This document shows positions 13,976 through 27,152 of a stretch of 64,000 nt of DNA, one piece after another (position 1 is the first letter of the stretch; each line of letters opens with the position of its first letter). The notes below the pieces were generated by a model that was given only the letters and a program-made list of their open reading frames with translations, had not been told where the DNA came from and did not search any database. Made by a program: the position numbers and the translations under genes. Source of the DNA: the human T2T-CHM13v2.0 reference genome, Homo sapiens; assembly GCF_009914755.1 (NCBI RefSeq), contig NC_060926.1. One strand, written 5' to 3'.

Positions 13976-14179
13976 TAATGCAGAATAGCTTTTGCAAAAG
14001 CTTGAGATCATATAAGTGTTCTGGCATGCCTTCAGTGCAGCTGACTAAGCTCAAGAGAGCTAAGTGCGTCCCAAACTGGCCAAACCCAGGATACGTGCAA
14101 AACCATGTTTCTGACTTCTGACTTCAGCCATCTAAGCCAGAGAGTACAGGTGCAGATTTAAGTTATCTGGAAGGGTTTA

Positions 14180-14667
14180 GTACAGAGATTGTGTTTAGCT
14201 GTGGATGGCTGAAAATCTAAAATAATAGTCATTTAAACAACTGGGCAATGCATGTTCAACTGTCATAGAAGTCTGGATGCATGGGTCACAGCTGCTATGA
14301 GTCCACAACCATCAGAAATCCACATTTCTGATGAGGATTGTACATCTTCAAGATGGAGCTTCTCTTCTGTGAGTTGAGATGAATGCTTCGTCTCTAGCCT
14401 TCTCTTGCTGGCGGAAAGAGAAAAAGCATGAGAGAGGCATGCCTTCTCCTTCTAAGGAAACCCTGTAGACATTGCATGCATCCCTTTCTGCCTACATCTC
14501 ATTGGCCAGAACTTAGTCACATGGTGATTACACAATTTCCTTCACACCAACCTAATATTTAGCTGCAAGGAAGGCTAGAAAAGAGTCTTTATTCTGGGTG
14601 ACCTTGTTTCCAACTAAAGATAAGCAAGGAGACAATGAATATTAGGGTGCTACTGGCAGTCTTTGCA
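14180..14667 (-). mobile_element. MaLR LTR (MLT1J/K-like)
   Basis: CATCTCATTGGCCAGAACTTAGTCACATGG...AGCTGCAAGGAAGGCTAGAAA...GAATATTAGGGTG. Confidence 0.75.
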
Positions 14668-17519
14668 TGGACTGTGTCTTGTGGCTGTAAGATTTCCCAG
14701 ACGTTGCCCATAGTGGGCATTAGGTAAATATGGTAGGGGTAAAGGAAAGATAGGGATCAAGCCTCAGCGATCCTTACACTCAACTCCTGGTTACCATACC
14801 ATAAACCATATATACTGTCCTCATTCCTTTACATACATCTTTCATTTCATTCTTTATTCCTGTACATTTTGCTTTGCTTTATCGCCCAATGCAAGTGTTT
14901 CATCTGTAATTAGCCAAGTGTTTAAATGCTATGCAAGGTACTATGAAAGTATCAAGAGACAGGGGCTCCTTCCCACATGGAAAGGCAAGTGTCTCATCAG
15001 AACTCCCACCCACCATGAAGTGCAGTTTCCCAAGCTGATGTGCATGGTTGATCCTGGAACTTCACCAACTCTGGCAATATCTCTGTTAATCTTCATCATA
15101 AACTCAGTCTCCACAGTATATTAGGAATCAGTGCTCTCAGCCTAATGGTCTTCTCCTGGCCAATGAGCATAGAAAAGGTTCCTCTTGTGGTTAGTTATAT
15201 GAGAATTTGAATTTACATATCTTCACTTTTGGAACGGGTGAAGTTAACTCATTTAAAAAATTAATTCATTCTTTATATTTTTGTCAAAGAATATGTGTAA
15301 GGCCTCATTCTGTTTAAATATTAATCAATTTACAAAGGTTTACATAAAGCTTTTTAAAAGTAAATCCATGGGATAAGAAGTATATAAGTTTTTTTTTTTT
15401 TTTTTTAAGGAAGACTGAGACATAACTCTGTAGATTCAAGATTAGACCTCCCCCTGCCATACCCAAATAGATACTCTATTCAAACTATTGGGAATATAAC
15501 TGATTGTTTCCCAACTGGGACAAGATAATGAAATCACTTGTTGTTCAATAAGAATAGCATATAATTTGTCCGGAACTAACCTTCTGAAATACACCATTCC
15601 GATGGAACATGTATGCTTTTGGTTCTTCAAATAATATTTTTAGGCCCTAAATGTTAATTAAAAGAGAAAGTCTCAAACCTTCTTGGGAGCAGGTATCTGA
15701 GGGTGGTCTTGGGTCTGCAGAGCATCCAGCTCTGATGATGACCCTTGCCCTTTGCATCTGGGCCCAGTACTTCCATCTCTCCTTTTCTCTCTGGCTCCCA
15801 CTCACAGGCAGTCCTCGGATGCTGTATTAGGGAACACAAGAATTTAAGGGGGACAGGAGGCAGCCTACGTTCTGAGCCCAGCCTTTCTTTTGTCCCTTGA
15901 TCATTTCAGTCTTTTTGCATATCCCCATGAGCAGGACAAAGGAAAGGACCAAGACTTCAAACTGGACTTGAACTCCTGAGAAAGCTACATCTCTAACAAA
16001 AACATTTGGATTTCTTTTGTGTATTTTGGAGAGGGCCATGATACTTTCATGCAACAAGCCACAAAATGGAAACATACGGTATGAGGATCTTGCTATCCTA
16101 GCAGATACGCAGATACCCCTCTTGCTTTTAAAGAAATAAAAGGAAACAATACCTTTCATACTAAAAATGAGAACAAAAAAACAACCTAGCTAGGAAAAAA
16201 ATTAAAACTCCATAGTAGCTCCTAGAGAGACATTTATTCACACATTTATTTTTAAAGAAGAAAAGAATAAGTATGTATAGTGAGTGGCCTCCAGAAGCAG
16301 CTGTTTAACTTTCTCCCTGTTTCCCTGCATCTGCAAGCATAACCTTGTTGTATTCAACATCTGCTCTGCAGTTTCTCTTGAGAGCTGTAATAGAATACTG
16401 GGTCTTCTTGTCATTCTGTAAGATGAGTTATTTTGAGGGAAGAATACTTAGGGAATTCCATATAAAATACTGGTCTTGCAATACCCATATAGCTTTTTAT
16501 TTTTAGTTTACAGAGTTTAAAGATCATACGTAGTTTTCATTAATCCCATTTTGCAGAGAGAAAACTGAGGGATAGAAAGTTCTGTCAACTGATCACATGG
16601 TAGATAAGGACAGGACTCCTCCTTTTTGATCAAGGGCCTTTTATAAACGTTCTGCTATATTGTTTTGATATTTCCAGTTATTTTCTGAGAGTTTGCCACA
16701 AACAGTGACGTGAGAAGGAGAAACTTTTAAAATGATTTTTGTTCTGAAGGAGTCCATAGGCCTGCCAACCCAGCAAAATGTGTTACTTATAGGCGTAAAA
16801 GCAATCCTACCTTTTAACTACACACTAAGGACCACCCAGCTGCTTGGCCAGAGAAGTAGGATCTTGGGAGGTGTTTGGGTAGATGTTATTTTAAGTGCCA
16901 TAGAACCTTAGACTATTACAGCTGGAAGTGAAGATCTTCCAACTCAACTCTTTCATTGCGCAAATGCAACCGCAACCACAGAGGTACAATGAATCCCCCA
17001 GACCCCCTGCTAAGCACTACACAAAGCCCAGTCATGGGGTTCCTCCTGATGCTTCCTCAGGCATTTTCTCCTGCATTAAAAAAACACTGATAAATGTGCC
17101 AACCAGGAAATGCGTGTCAGCCAAGTTTTCTGATTTTCCTGATTTACATGATATCTGCAAAGGATTTTTAGTTATCCACTAAGCAGCTCCCTAATTGACA
17201 TAATACCAGTCTTCCTTCTTTTCTTCTGCTTTTTGCTCTTATTCTTTAAAATGTATCAAATTATTGTTAATAACACATTTTAAAAATATCTGCTGAGAAT
17301 CACAATGACACTGCATTTGTGTAGTTATAAGGTAGACTCTTGGATTTAGGGATACATTCCTGTTAGCCCAGCACATATACACCCGAGGGCTCATGGTTTT
17401 TGACCCACACCATATTTCATGGCATGTAGTTCAGTTGCCCCGGCTGGGTTCTCCTATCACAAATTGCAAGACTCTCATACAGGGCAGACTCAGTGAGCTT
17501 ACCTGTCTTACCTGGCATG

Positions 17520-17612
17520 ACAGGTGAAAAGAGATGCTTACAACACCCTGGGCCTAGAACAGTGTCTGATACTTGTAGCCCAATAGAGTACATATTTGTG
17601 AATGAATAAATG
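17520..17612 (+). mobile_element. L2 3' end
   Basis: GCCTAGAACAGTGTCTGATAC...CATATTTGTGAATGAATAAATG. Confidence 0.65.
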
Positions 17613-17925
17613 CACATTGAAACTCTGCCTTTGCAAGGAATTTGAGTCAACAGCATCTTAGCCTCCTTGACTAAGCCACTAGTATTTTGCTTCCTTCACA
17701 ACTGACAGCTTTACTGGAGTCTCCCGGATTCTTCAAGCATGTCAAGGAATATTTTAGTCGCTTGGATACTAGCACACTGTTAGGATAGTGGGTCCAGATC
17801 ACTGATTCCATAATGATTCTGAGAGATTCAAAGCCATTTCTCCCCATCAGCGTGTGAGCCTATCACTAAATAAACTTCCTGGAGTCAAGACAGTGGCGGC
17901 ACCCACACACCTTGCTTCTCTTCTT

Positions 17926-17939
17926 GTAACCATGGCAAC
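17926..17939. promoter_or_regulatory. RFX X-box motif
   Basis: GTAACCATGGCAAC fits the X-box consensus GTNRCCATGGYAAC, in apparently non-repetitive DNA. Confidence 0.6.
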
Positions 17940-18994
17940 ACACTTGCTCTCTTGCCCGCCCCACTCTGCTCTCCATCACCACAGAGCTGCTGGCTTAATA
18001 AAGCCTGACAAACTTAAACAATGGGGATTTCTGGCCTTAAGGCCAAGATCTTTATTAATTCATAGCAGCCGTAACCATTGAGCTGGCCTTGCTTGGCATT
18101 CAGGAACAAATTCCCCACCATGATTGATTCCTACCACCTAGTATCAGCTCAGCCCTTCCCTTTCCAAAAATCAATCAGTCAATCAATTGATTCATCTATT
18201 AGGGGAAAAGATTAAACTATTTAGGTACTGAATAAAATTTGCTATTTTGTCTCTCTAGACCAGGATTTCTCGATCTCACTGAGTCCAAGAATGAGCATGG
18301 GAGAGTCATGCCAAGGATGCTTGGCTTCCAGTCAGAGCACAGTATATATTTGCTTCTGTCTGGTAGCCTCTTGCCCTTGACTTCACTGCATAGTCCCCTC
18401 CCATAGGTTCACTGAACTGCTATACCTCTGCAGAAACCACCCTTGTAAGACATCTGGATGAGAGCTGAGTCAAGGCCTGGAGGCTGTCTGCATTAAACTG
18501 GGCTCTCACCATAGATGGCTAAAGGCGGACACAGCTGGAGAGGCTCCTGCAAATTGTGGCTGAGGTGGCAGCGGTTCTGGCGGCAACTTTGCCATCTCTA
18601 AGCCTCCCAGCCCAGAACCAAAAGATAATGGCATGCCTTGGAGCAGAAGCAGCTGATCTCATTACCCTTCTGGTGCAAACAGGGCAAAACCATTCAATAT
18701 CTCCTATTTCTTACCATATAAACCCCAAGACCCCATGACCTGGCTCCTCGCGTGCCTACCTCTCCCCAGCATCTCTTATCACTGTGTGATTGTAATCTTC
18801 TCCCTCTGCTATGAAGAGTTGTATATTGTTTTCTCTCTTTTTTTCTTTTTATGTGCCTGGACCTTGTTCTTACAGTTCTATTGACCTGGAATGCTCTTTC
18901 TTCTTTCCTTCCTTTTCATCCTTCAAAACACACCCTAAATGTCCAACAAGAAGACAGTGGATACATGAATTACTGTGGTTTGCCATCCATTTCT

Positions 18995-19360
18995 CCCTGT
19001 CAGGGCCAAGGCACTCACCCACCAGCTGTCAGGAGTGTTGACCACTGACTGTTCACAGCTGAGGCCCTCTGCTCTTAGAGCCTTGGGTTGAAGGAAGCTG
19101 CTTTGCCCAGGGTTATATGAACCCACATCCAGTGGCCAGTTCGTGCAAGGGTACAGAGGCTTGCACAGCTCCAAAGGGCCACCCCAGCTGAGAACTACCC
19201 CCTGGAATGGCCTGAAGCCTCCATTTCAACTGCACCACATCCTAAGCTCTCCCTCTGCCCAACCCTGCCTGTCTTGCTTCCTTACAGGCAGCAATCAAAG
19301 CGTCCTCCCCAGCATGTAAACCTCTATTTCAGAGTATGTTTCCCAGGTAACCTAAAGACA
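18995..19360 (+). mobile_element. ERVL LTR16-family solo LTR
   Basis: CAGCTGTCAGGAGTGTTG, CTCTCCCTCTGCCCAACCCTGCC, terminal TCAGAGTATGTTTCCCAGGTAACCTAAAGACA. Confidence 0.7.
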
Positions 19361-20819
19361 AGGCAAATCTAGGAAAAAATAATATGTAATCATTAAAATT
19401 TTTAATTTATGTGTTAAGAATATTTCATGACATAGAAAAATGCTCAAGTTAATGAAGTAAATACAAAAACAAGAGGCAAAACTGTGCATGCGTTATGTTC
19501 CTGATTATATAAGAATATAATGACAAAAAGAATGAGACAAAAAAGGAAAAAACTGTATCTTTTCAGGAAGAACTACTCCTAAAATAGAACACAGATTGTG
19601 TATCTCTTTAGAATTTTGTTTCCGTTTTCTGTTTGTTTTAAACATTCTACAATGAGCAACTAACATTATAAGATTTAATTAAGTCATTTAAAAGTAAAAG
19701 GGCATAATATTACTAAACGAACCCCCACAACACAAAATACATAAACAAAAGTCTAACTAACTCACCATCAGGGGACAAATGAAAAACTTCAGCTTCCATG
19801 GTCATTCTCTGTGCTATGTTCCAATCATATCTGCCCCTGTCCAAGTCCATAAAGTTGAATACTTCCTTTTTTGTTCAAATATATATATATGCATCTATCA
19901 TTACATTTTACCAAATGGTACTGCAAATATTTAAATTTGTCGCTTATAATACACTGAGAGTTCTATGAGGATAGAAAATCATGTTTTCCATGCCTTGGAT
20001 GTGGCCTCCACTCTGTAAACACTCAATGTATTTTATAGATGAGTGAATGAGGGAATGCATGAATAAATGAATGAATCAATAAAGTAACATTTAGAGGCTA
20101 AAAGCATAAAGAATTTGATGGGCATGGGGGCAAACTACTGAAAGTAAAGCAAAAAAATGTAGAAAGAAGCCTTGAAATCCCAATTAACATTTCCTGATTG
20201 CTTCAGAATAGAATGCTGTAAAATGAGAGGCTTTCAGCCTGTCTGCATTTCAGTTCTGTGCAGCTTACAAAGGAACCTGGGAAAAAGCTGACATTGCCGC
20301 TGTAGCTTTGAGGCTTTCAAGATAAGCATCAGTTTGGGTTCAGAAGAAATGAACAGTGATGAATATTGTCTTCAGCTTCACAATGGTCCTTTTAATTCCT
20401 GTCATTCTCAAAAAGAAAAAAATGCCAGTGTTTCTTCTGGAATATTTTCAAATTTCTCCAATTTTAATTTTGGAAAATTGCATTTGAAACTTTCTTGAAG
20501 TAGTCTTATTCTCTGCCCTTTCCATCCTCATCTATAATTACTAATAAGTAGTCTCTTTCTTTTATTAAGGTAAAATTCATTTGTGATATAATTCACCACT
20601 TTAGCCATTTTAAAATGTACAACTTAGTGTTGCCTTTTTGCCCTGTGTTTGGCTTCTTGAAGTGACAATTTAGCCAGTCTTTTTGCAAAGGCATTAACAG
20701 GTTCTATTGAGCTGACATTGCAATAATGCTCCTGGGTAATACATTTACATTTTAATAAGAGCATTGATACCTTAACTCAAAGAACTAACTTAATTCTTTT
20801 ATTCTCTCTATCATTTTGA

Positions 20820-21216
<397 letters not shown>

Positions 21217-21289
21217 AAAGCACTGTGGCCCGGCCAAAGCACTGTGATCTTAAGGTATGCTCAAATACTTAAACTTCTTCAAGTAAGCT

Positions 21290-21640
21290 GCATTCTCTCT
21301 TGCCTTTGTATTTTTTTCTTTTTCTGATTGGAAGATGCCTACACATCCTTCCTTAAAACAAAGTCCAGGCATTATGCCTGTGAAATCTTCTCCTCTTCTC
21401 CCTTTTGCTCCCCTCCTGCCCTTTCCTCCCTTCCCCTTTTCTTCCTCCTTTCTCTCTCTCTTTCTCTCATTCTCTAGGCAACTTCACATGCCACCAGTTC
21501 AATGTTTTCCATATTGCCTTGTAGTTATCAATCCCATTGTTTTCTAATAAGATTGTAAATGCTTTGAGCATAAGGACTGTTTTCCTATCTTCACTGTTCA
21601 ATGGTCTTGAAATGCAATAGATTCTCAAAAACATTTATGA
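21290..21640 (+). mobile_element. L2 fragment
   Basis: Pyrimidine-rich L2 3' region; TAAGATTGTAAATGCTTTGAGCATAAGGACTGT...CTCAAAAACATTTATGAAATG. Confidence 0.5.
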
Positions 21641-22419
21641 AATGTAAAAAATAAAAGAAAAAAAGAAGAAGAAGAATCTCACAATGTTTAGAAATCCCTG
21701 GCAGACTGGTAAAGGAGAATTTGTTTTTTGTATCGTAGTACCTGTTTAAGCACCCTTCACGTAACTGTCTACAGTTAGGACTATACCTGATTAACAGTAT
21801 TTGCCTGGAAGGCATCAGAGGAGTAGAAAGCTGGAATGCATACACCCTTGAAACTTTTCTGATACTCCTTAGAGAACATGCAAACTATTAATTAGATACA
21901 TATCATGACAATGTGTATCTTACAGCATTGATAAACCTGAACATTCATTCCAGCCTGTTTTATTCTTGTTTCTCTTGAGCTTCAACACTGAATTTATATT
22001 TGTAACACCTGCTGTTTCCATCCCAGGATAATAGACTATTTAGCATTTTATCATTTCCAAAGTATAAGAATTCACACTCTACCCACCCCTAGTTATTTGA
22101 TATGGATCTTTTCTGATGGCCCCCTGGGGATCATTCTGTGGTCTAGGCTACACTACCAAGGCTGCAGGCTGTCACACCAGTATATAAACTGAAAATAAAA
22201 TAAAGAGAAAGATGTTCAGATTATTGAAAACAAAAAGCAATAATGAAAAGTATGGGACTAGATGAGGGAAAAAGAGGAGAGGGAGAGGGAGAAGAAAACA
22301 AAACAAAACAAAATTATAGTTGTCTTAGTACTCAAATCCTTGTTGCCCAGTCTTCCATGCAGCCTTCCTCATTCTAAGCTGACATGCTCACTGAAGCCTT
22401 CAGTAGAATGTGAGGGCTG

Positions 22420-22606
22420 GGTTATCCAATATTCATGTGCAGAATAGTCATGTGGTAACTTGTTCAAAATGATGGATTCCTAGCCATGATGCTGATTTCT
22501 GACTTAATTTCTCTGAGGAGTATCTCGGGAATTTACCTCTTTGACAAGGCCCCAGATGATTCTGTTAGAGGTGGTCTGATCAGTGAACCACACTTTGAGA
22601 AACACT
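22420..22606. mobile_element. MER5-family hAT MITE
   Basis: ACAAGGCCCCAGATGATTCTG...ACCACACTTTGAGAAACACT terminus. Confidence 0.7.
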
Positions 22607-22639
22607 ACAGGACCATCTTTTAGCCTGACTGCATTAATT

Positions 22640-23135
22640 AGTACTTTATGCTCAAACAACAGGCATATATTAGCTCATGTTTTATTGTGGGTTGGCAATT
22701 GGAACTGCATTCAGCTGAATGGTCCTTTCACTGGTATTGCCTGAGCTTGCTCTTGAAGCTCCAAGTAGCTGGTGGCTCAGCTGGGGCTGGATGGTTAAAG
22801 TTGGCCTAGTCGCATGACTGGTAGGTACCCAGCTGTTGGTCAATGGCACGTCATTTCTCCTCCATGTGGTTTCCACACCAGGGTAGCCTGGACTTCTTTA
22901 TAGGATGGTCTCAATATTTCCAACAGGAAGAAAAGGCATGCCCCAATGTGCAAGCACTTTCCAAGCCTCTGTTTGTATTATGTTTTCTAATGTCCAATTG
23001 ACCAAACAAGTCATGTGGCTAAGTATAGAATTGAGGAGAAGAGAAATGAACTGTACCTCTTAATGGAAAGCATGGTAAAGTCACATTGAGAGGAATAGCA
23101 GGATTACAGGGCCATCTTTGCCAACAATCTTCCAC
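22640..23135 (-). mobile_element. MaLR LTR (MLT1 family)
   Basis: TTTCTCCTCCATGTGG, AATGTCCAATTGACCAAACAAGTCATGTGGC, terminal CAATCTTCCACA. Confidence 0.75.
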
Positions 23136-23574
23136 ATCTATTAGATCAGTAAACTATTGTGTCTGATAATGGTTGAAGAACCAGATTTTATGAAGAATTT
23201 ATACTTTAATATATAAATTAGTGCAAATGCAAGTTTATCCTCCAAGTAAAAACCCTTTTGCTGACTTGTAAATTTCACTCAAAAAGAATTTTTTTTGAGT
23301 AAGAGGTCAGTGGACTTATGGCCAGTATGATGGGAATTGTGCATAGTATTGAATAGACCCATGGAAAACTATAGCCCTGTTAATGTTATCTGCCTTGAAT
23401 TACTTGTCAGAAAAAAAAATTAAGTACTGTGGCTCTGGGGACCTGGGGGGAGATTAAGTAAGGGGGACAGATGAGGATCTTCTGGTTCACTGCTTTTGGC
23501 AGAAGTCGATATACCTAGTGGTAAAGGCCATTGTATCTGCCTGTTTAGGTTCCATTCTTGGACTTCTCCATTCT

Positions 23575-23863
23575 ATTTTTTTTTTTTTTGAGATGGAGTC
23601 TTGCTCTGTCACCAGGCTGGAGTGCAGTGGCATGATCTCGGCTCACTACAATCTCTGCCTCACGGGTTCATTCTCCTGCCTCAGCCTCCCTAGTAGCTGG
23701 GATTACAGGTGCGTGCCACAACACCTAGCTAATTTCTGTATTTTCAGTAGAGACAGGGTTTCACCATGTTGGCCAGGATGGTCTTGATCTCCTGACCTTG
23801 TGATCTGCCCGCCTCGGCCTCCCAAAGTGCTGGGATTACAAGCATGAGCCACCGCACCTGGCC
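23575..23863 (-). mobile_element. AluSc-like
   Basis: TGTCACCAGGCTGG (shortened) and GGCCAGGATGGTCTTGATCTCCTGACCTTGTGATC; imperfect TSD ACTT(C/T)TCCATTCT. Confidence 0.92.
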
Positions 23864-24390
23864 CCACTTTTCCATTCTTTAACTGTTTGCCTTCGTTCCA
23901 TAAATTACCTCATTTCTCCATACCTTACAGTGTTGTTGTAGATTTAAATAAAATTATGCACATTGTAAAAGCTCACAAAGCATCAGCTATCATCATCTTC
24001 ATTATCATCATTCTAGAAAAAAGTATTGCTAGCATACCATAGCTCTCTTTACCCACCTTAGGAGTGGATAGCTACCTAAAGAATGTACACTCAGAGAAGT
24101 CCTTGCTTTCCTCTTTCCAATTCCTGAAATAACTTAAAGATTGACCAACACTTTTTATTTCATGAGAATAGGAGAGAATGACTTTACCCAAACTTGTTCC
24201 TGTTATCTACAGGAACTTGGTGACTAGTACTCCCACTACAGTTTAAGGGAAAAGCTACTGTGGTAGCCAGTGTTCAGGATGGGTACCAATGATCCCTGCC
24301 TTATGGCATCCAGACTTTTGTTTAAAATTACCCTCACATTGAGTAGAGTTGACTTGTGTAACTCAAAAAGATATTACAGAAATGAAGTGT

Positions 24391-25665
24391 ACAGAAGCAT
24401 TTTAGTGTGATGTAACCTCATTTGTCTGGTTTTGCTTTTGTTGTCTGTACTTTTGGCACAGCAAACGAAACAAGCAACAGATTGAAGAGACAACCTATGA
24501 AATGCGAGGAAATATTTTCAAACCTTAACCTCTTACATTTGACAAGAGGTTAATACCTAAAATATAAAAGAAATTCAAACAATAGCAAAAAAAAAAATCA
24601 ATAGCACAAAAACAAATAACCCAATTACAAAGTAGGCAAAGGACTTGAATAGACATTTCTGAAAAGAAAACACACAAATGGCCAACAGGTTTATGAAAAA
24701 ATGTTCAACATCTTTAATCATCAGGGAAATGCAAATAAAAATCATAATGAGCTATCACCTCACACTTTTTAGAATGGCTGTTAATAAAAAATGAAAAATA
24801 AGTGTTGATGAGGATTTGGAGAAAAGGGAACCCTTTAACACTGTTGGTGGGAATGAAATTAGTGCAGCCATTATGCAAAGTAGTATGGAGATATGTCAAA
24901 AAATTAAAAATCAAACTACCATATGATCCAACAATGCCACTACTAGCTGTATATCCAAAATAAATGAAATCAGTATGTTGAAAAGATATATGCACTTCCA
25001 TGTTCATTGCAGCGTTATTCACAATAGCCAAAATATTGAATCAACCTCAGTGTTCATCAGTGAATGGATGGATAAAGAAAACGTGGTGTATATATACACA
25101 ATAGAACCTATTCAGCCTTTAAAAACAAGGAAATTCTTTCATTTGCAAAAATATAGATGAATCTGGAGAACAGTATGTTAAGTGAAATAAGCCAGGCATA
25201 GAAAGAAAATATTGCACGATCTCACTTATATGTGAAATCTAAAAAAATAGAACTCATAGAAGCAGAGAATAGAATGATGATGACCAGGGACTAGGGCAGT
25301 GGGGATTGGGAAAGTATTGGTCAAAGGATGCAAAATTTCAGTTATATAGGAGGAATAAGTTCAAGAGATCTAGCATACAACATGGTGACTATAGTTATGT
25401 ATTCTTGAAAATTGCTAAGAAAGTAGATTTTAAGTGTTCGCATCACAAAAAAATGAAAAGTATGTGATATAATGCATATGTAAATTAGCTTAATTTAGCC
25501 ATTCCACAATGTATACATATTTCAAAACATCATGTTTTATATATATTTCAAAACATCATGTTTTATATATATATATTTCAAAACATCATGTTTTGAATAT
25601 AAACATGTTTTATATATAAACATATATAATTTTATTTGTCAACTGAAAATAATAACACCAAAAAT
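24391..25665 (+). mobile_element. 5'-truncated L1MA-type LINE-1 (L1MA6-8-like) with inverted 5' segment 24391-24455
   Basis: ORF2 C-terminal homology (CATCAGGGAAATGCAAAT, GTTCATTGCAGCGTTATTCACAATAGCCAA) and L1MA 3' UTR (GGAGGAATAAGTTCAAGAGATCTA, TTTAGCCATTCCACAATGTATACATATTTCAAAACATCATG). Confidence 0.9.
25517..25620. repeat. Short tandem triplication ATATTTCAAAACATCATGTTTT(AT)n in the L1MA 3' UTR
   Basis: Three copies visible directly. Confidence 0.8.
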
Positions 25666-27152
25666 CATATCTGGAAATTATTCTGGCGTGATTTGTTTTA
25701 TCTTTCTTAAAGTACGTATACAGAATTTCAAATGTGGATTGCCGTAATGTTGTTTAAGGAAAATTATTTTTATCTGCTTATTTCCAACACAATTCCTGAT
25801 GGATTTCTTCCTCACTGCTATCTTTAACTACACAAATAAATGTCAAGATATTCAAAATTTTACACAAAATGTATAGAAAAGGAGAATAAAAGAAGGGAAG
25901 TGTGACTTTGGAGGCTAGGTCATAAAAGACATCGCGGCTTTCTCCCTACTCTTCTGGATCCCTCACTCTGGGGACAGCCAGATGCCATGTTTGAAGGCTA
26001 CTCAAGCAAAGCTGTGCAGACTTCCATGTGTCTAGATCCTAAGGCCTCTTGTCAACAGCAAGTACAAACCAGCCAACCATGTGAGTGAGCCGTCTTGGAA
26101 GTGGATGCTCCAGCTCCAGTCAAGCCTCGAGGTGACTTCAACTGTCACCGACATCTTGACCGCAACCTGATGAGGGACCCCAGGCCACAACTAGTCAGCT
26201 GCTCCCTGACTTCTGATCCACAGAAACTATGAGAGATAGTAAACATTTGTTGTTTCTTCAAGCCTCTAAATCGCAGGGTAATTTGACATGCAGTGATAAA
26301 TAACGAATATGCTTGTTTTGATATGGGGAAGAGGAGAAAGCATAGATGCGCTGGCAGATGGAAAGAGAGAGGCAGGAAAAGGACCCAGCAGGCAGAGGCT
26401 GAGGATGCCAAAGAGCAACCTCACAACCTCACACTGTTGCTTATAAGCACAGTACTGGAGGCCAGTGTTTTTGGAAGAGGACCAGCAGAATGGAGTGCAC
26501 TAAGTGCTTTGAAGTACCTAGAGAGCCTGCAGGGAGTGGCACTAGGTAACAGGGAGGTCATGCTTCTCCTGTTTATCATCTTGGCCATTAACTAGAGCAA
26601 AGCTCTTTGTGGGAAACATGCAAATTGCTGAAAATGGAGTTGAATTTCCTTCATCTCTCTTTAACTGGAAATATAATTGCAACTCCTTGCACATTGCATG
26701 AATTTTTTTAAATCCTGTCACGCTTTGTTGGCTCACTGCTTTTCATCTTAATGTTTATTAAAACAGCCCAAGTTCCCTTTGATGCTGAAAGCCCAAGTAT
26801 GTGATTGGAGACCATTGCCAAATTACAATGTATTTTTTACTTGATACTGAGTTTTTTGACTGTTCATTTTTAACTTTTCTCTTAATAACTTGAGAGTTGG
26901 AGAGTGAGGGTAGGAAAAAGGAAAAAAGTCAGAAACAGTGACTGGCCAGTTTGAAACCCTTTCCTGGACTCAGGAACCTGATAGTTATTTCCAAAACACC
27001 ACCACAGACATCTCACATGTTTTCGTATGAGACTCTGTTCTTATACCCCTGACTAGTGGCAGATGGAATGAGCCATGATGCGTGGTCCATGGATGGATGA
27101 AAAGATATGTTACATTTTCCTAATGGAATGATCAAGGACCTAACACAGGCAC

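Larger units (their letters stand above)
24258..26310 (+). mobile_element. MLT1F-like MaLR LTR split by an L1 insertion (pieces about 24258-24390 and 25891-26310)
   Basis: 5' TGTGGTAGCCAG...AATGATCCC; resumes GAGGCTAGGTCATAAAAGAC; 3' GTTTCTTCAAGCCTCTAAAT...GATAAATAACGAATA. Confidence 0.8.

Noticed and set aside
15827-16159. 110-aa minus-strand ORF and a nearby acceptor-like TTTCAG
   Set aside because: No protein similarity I can recognise and no consistent exon chain
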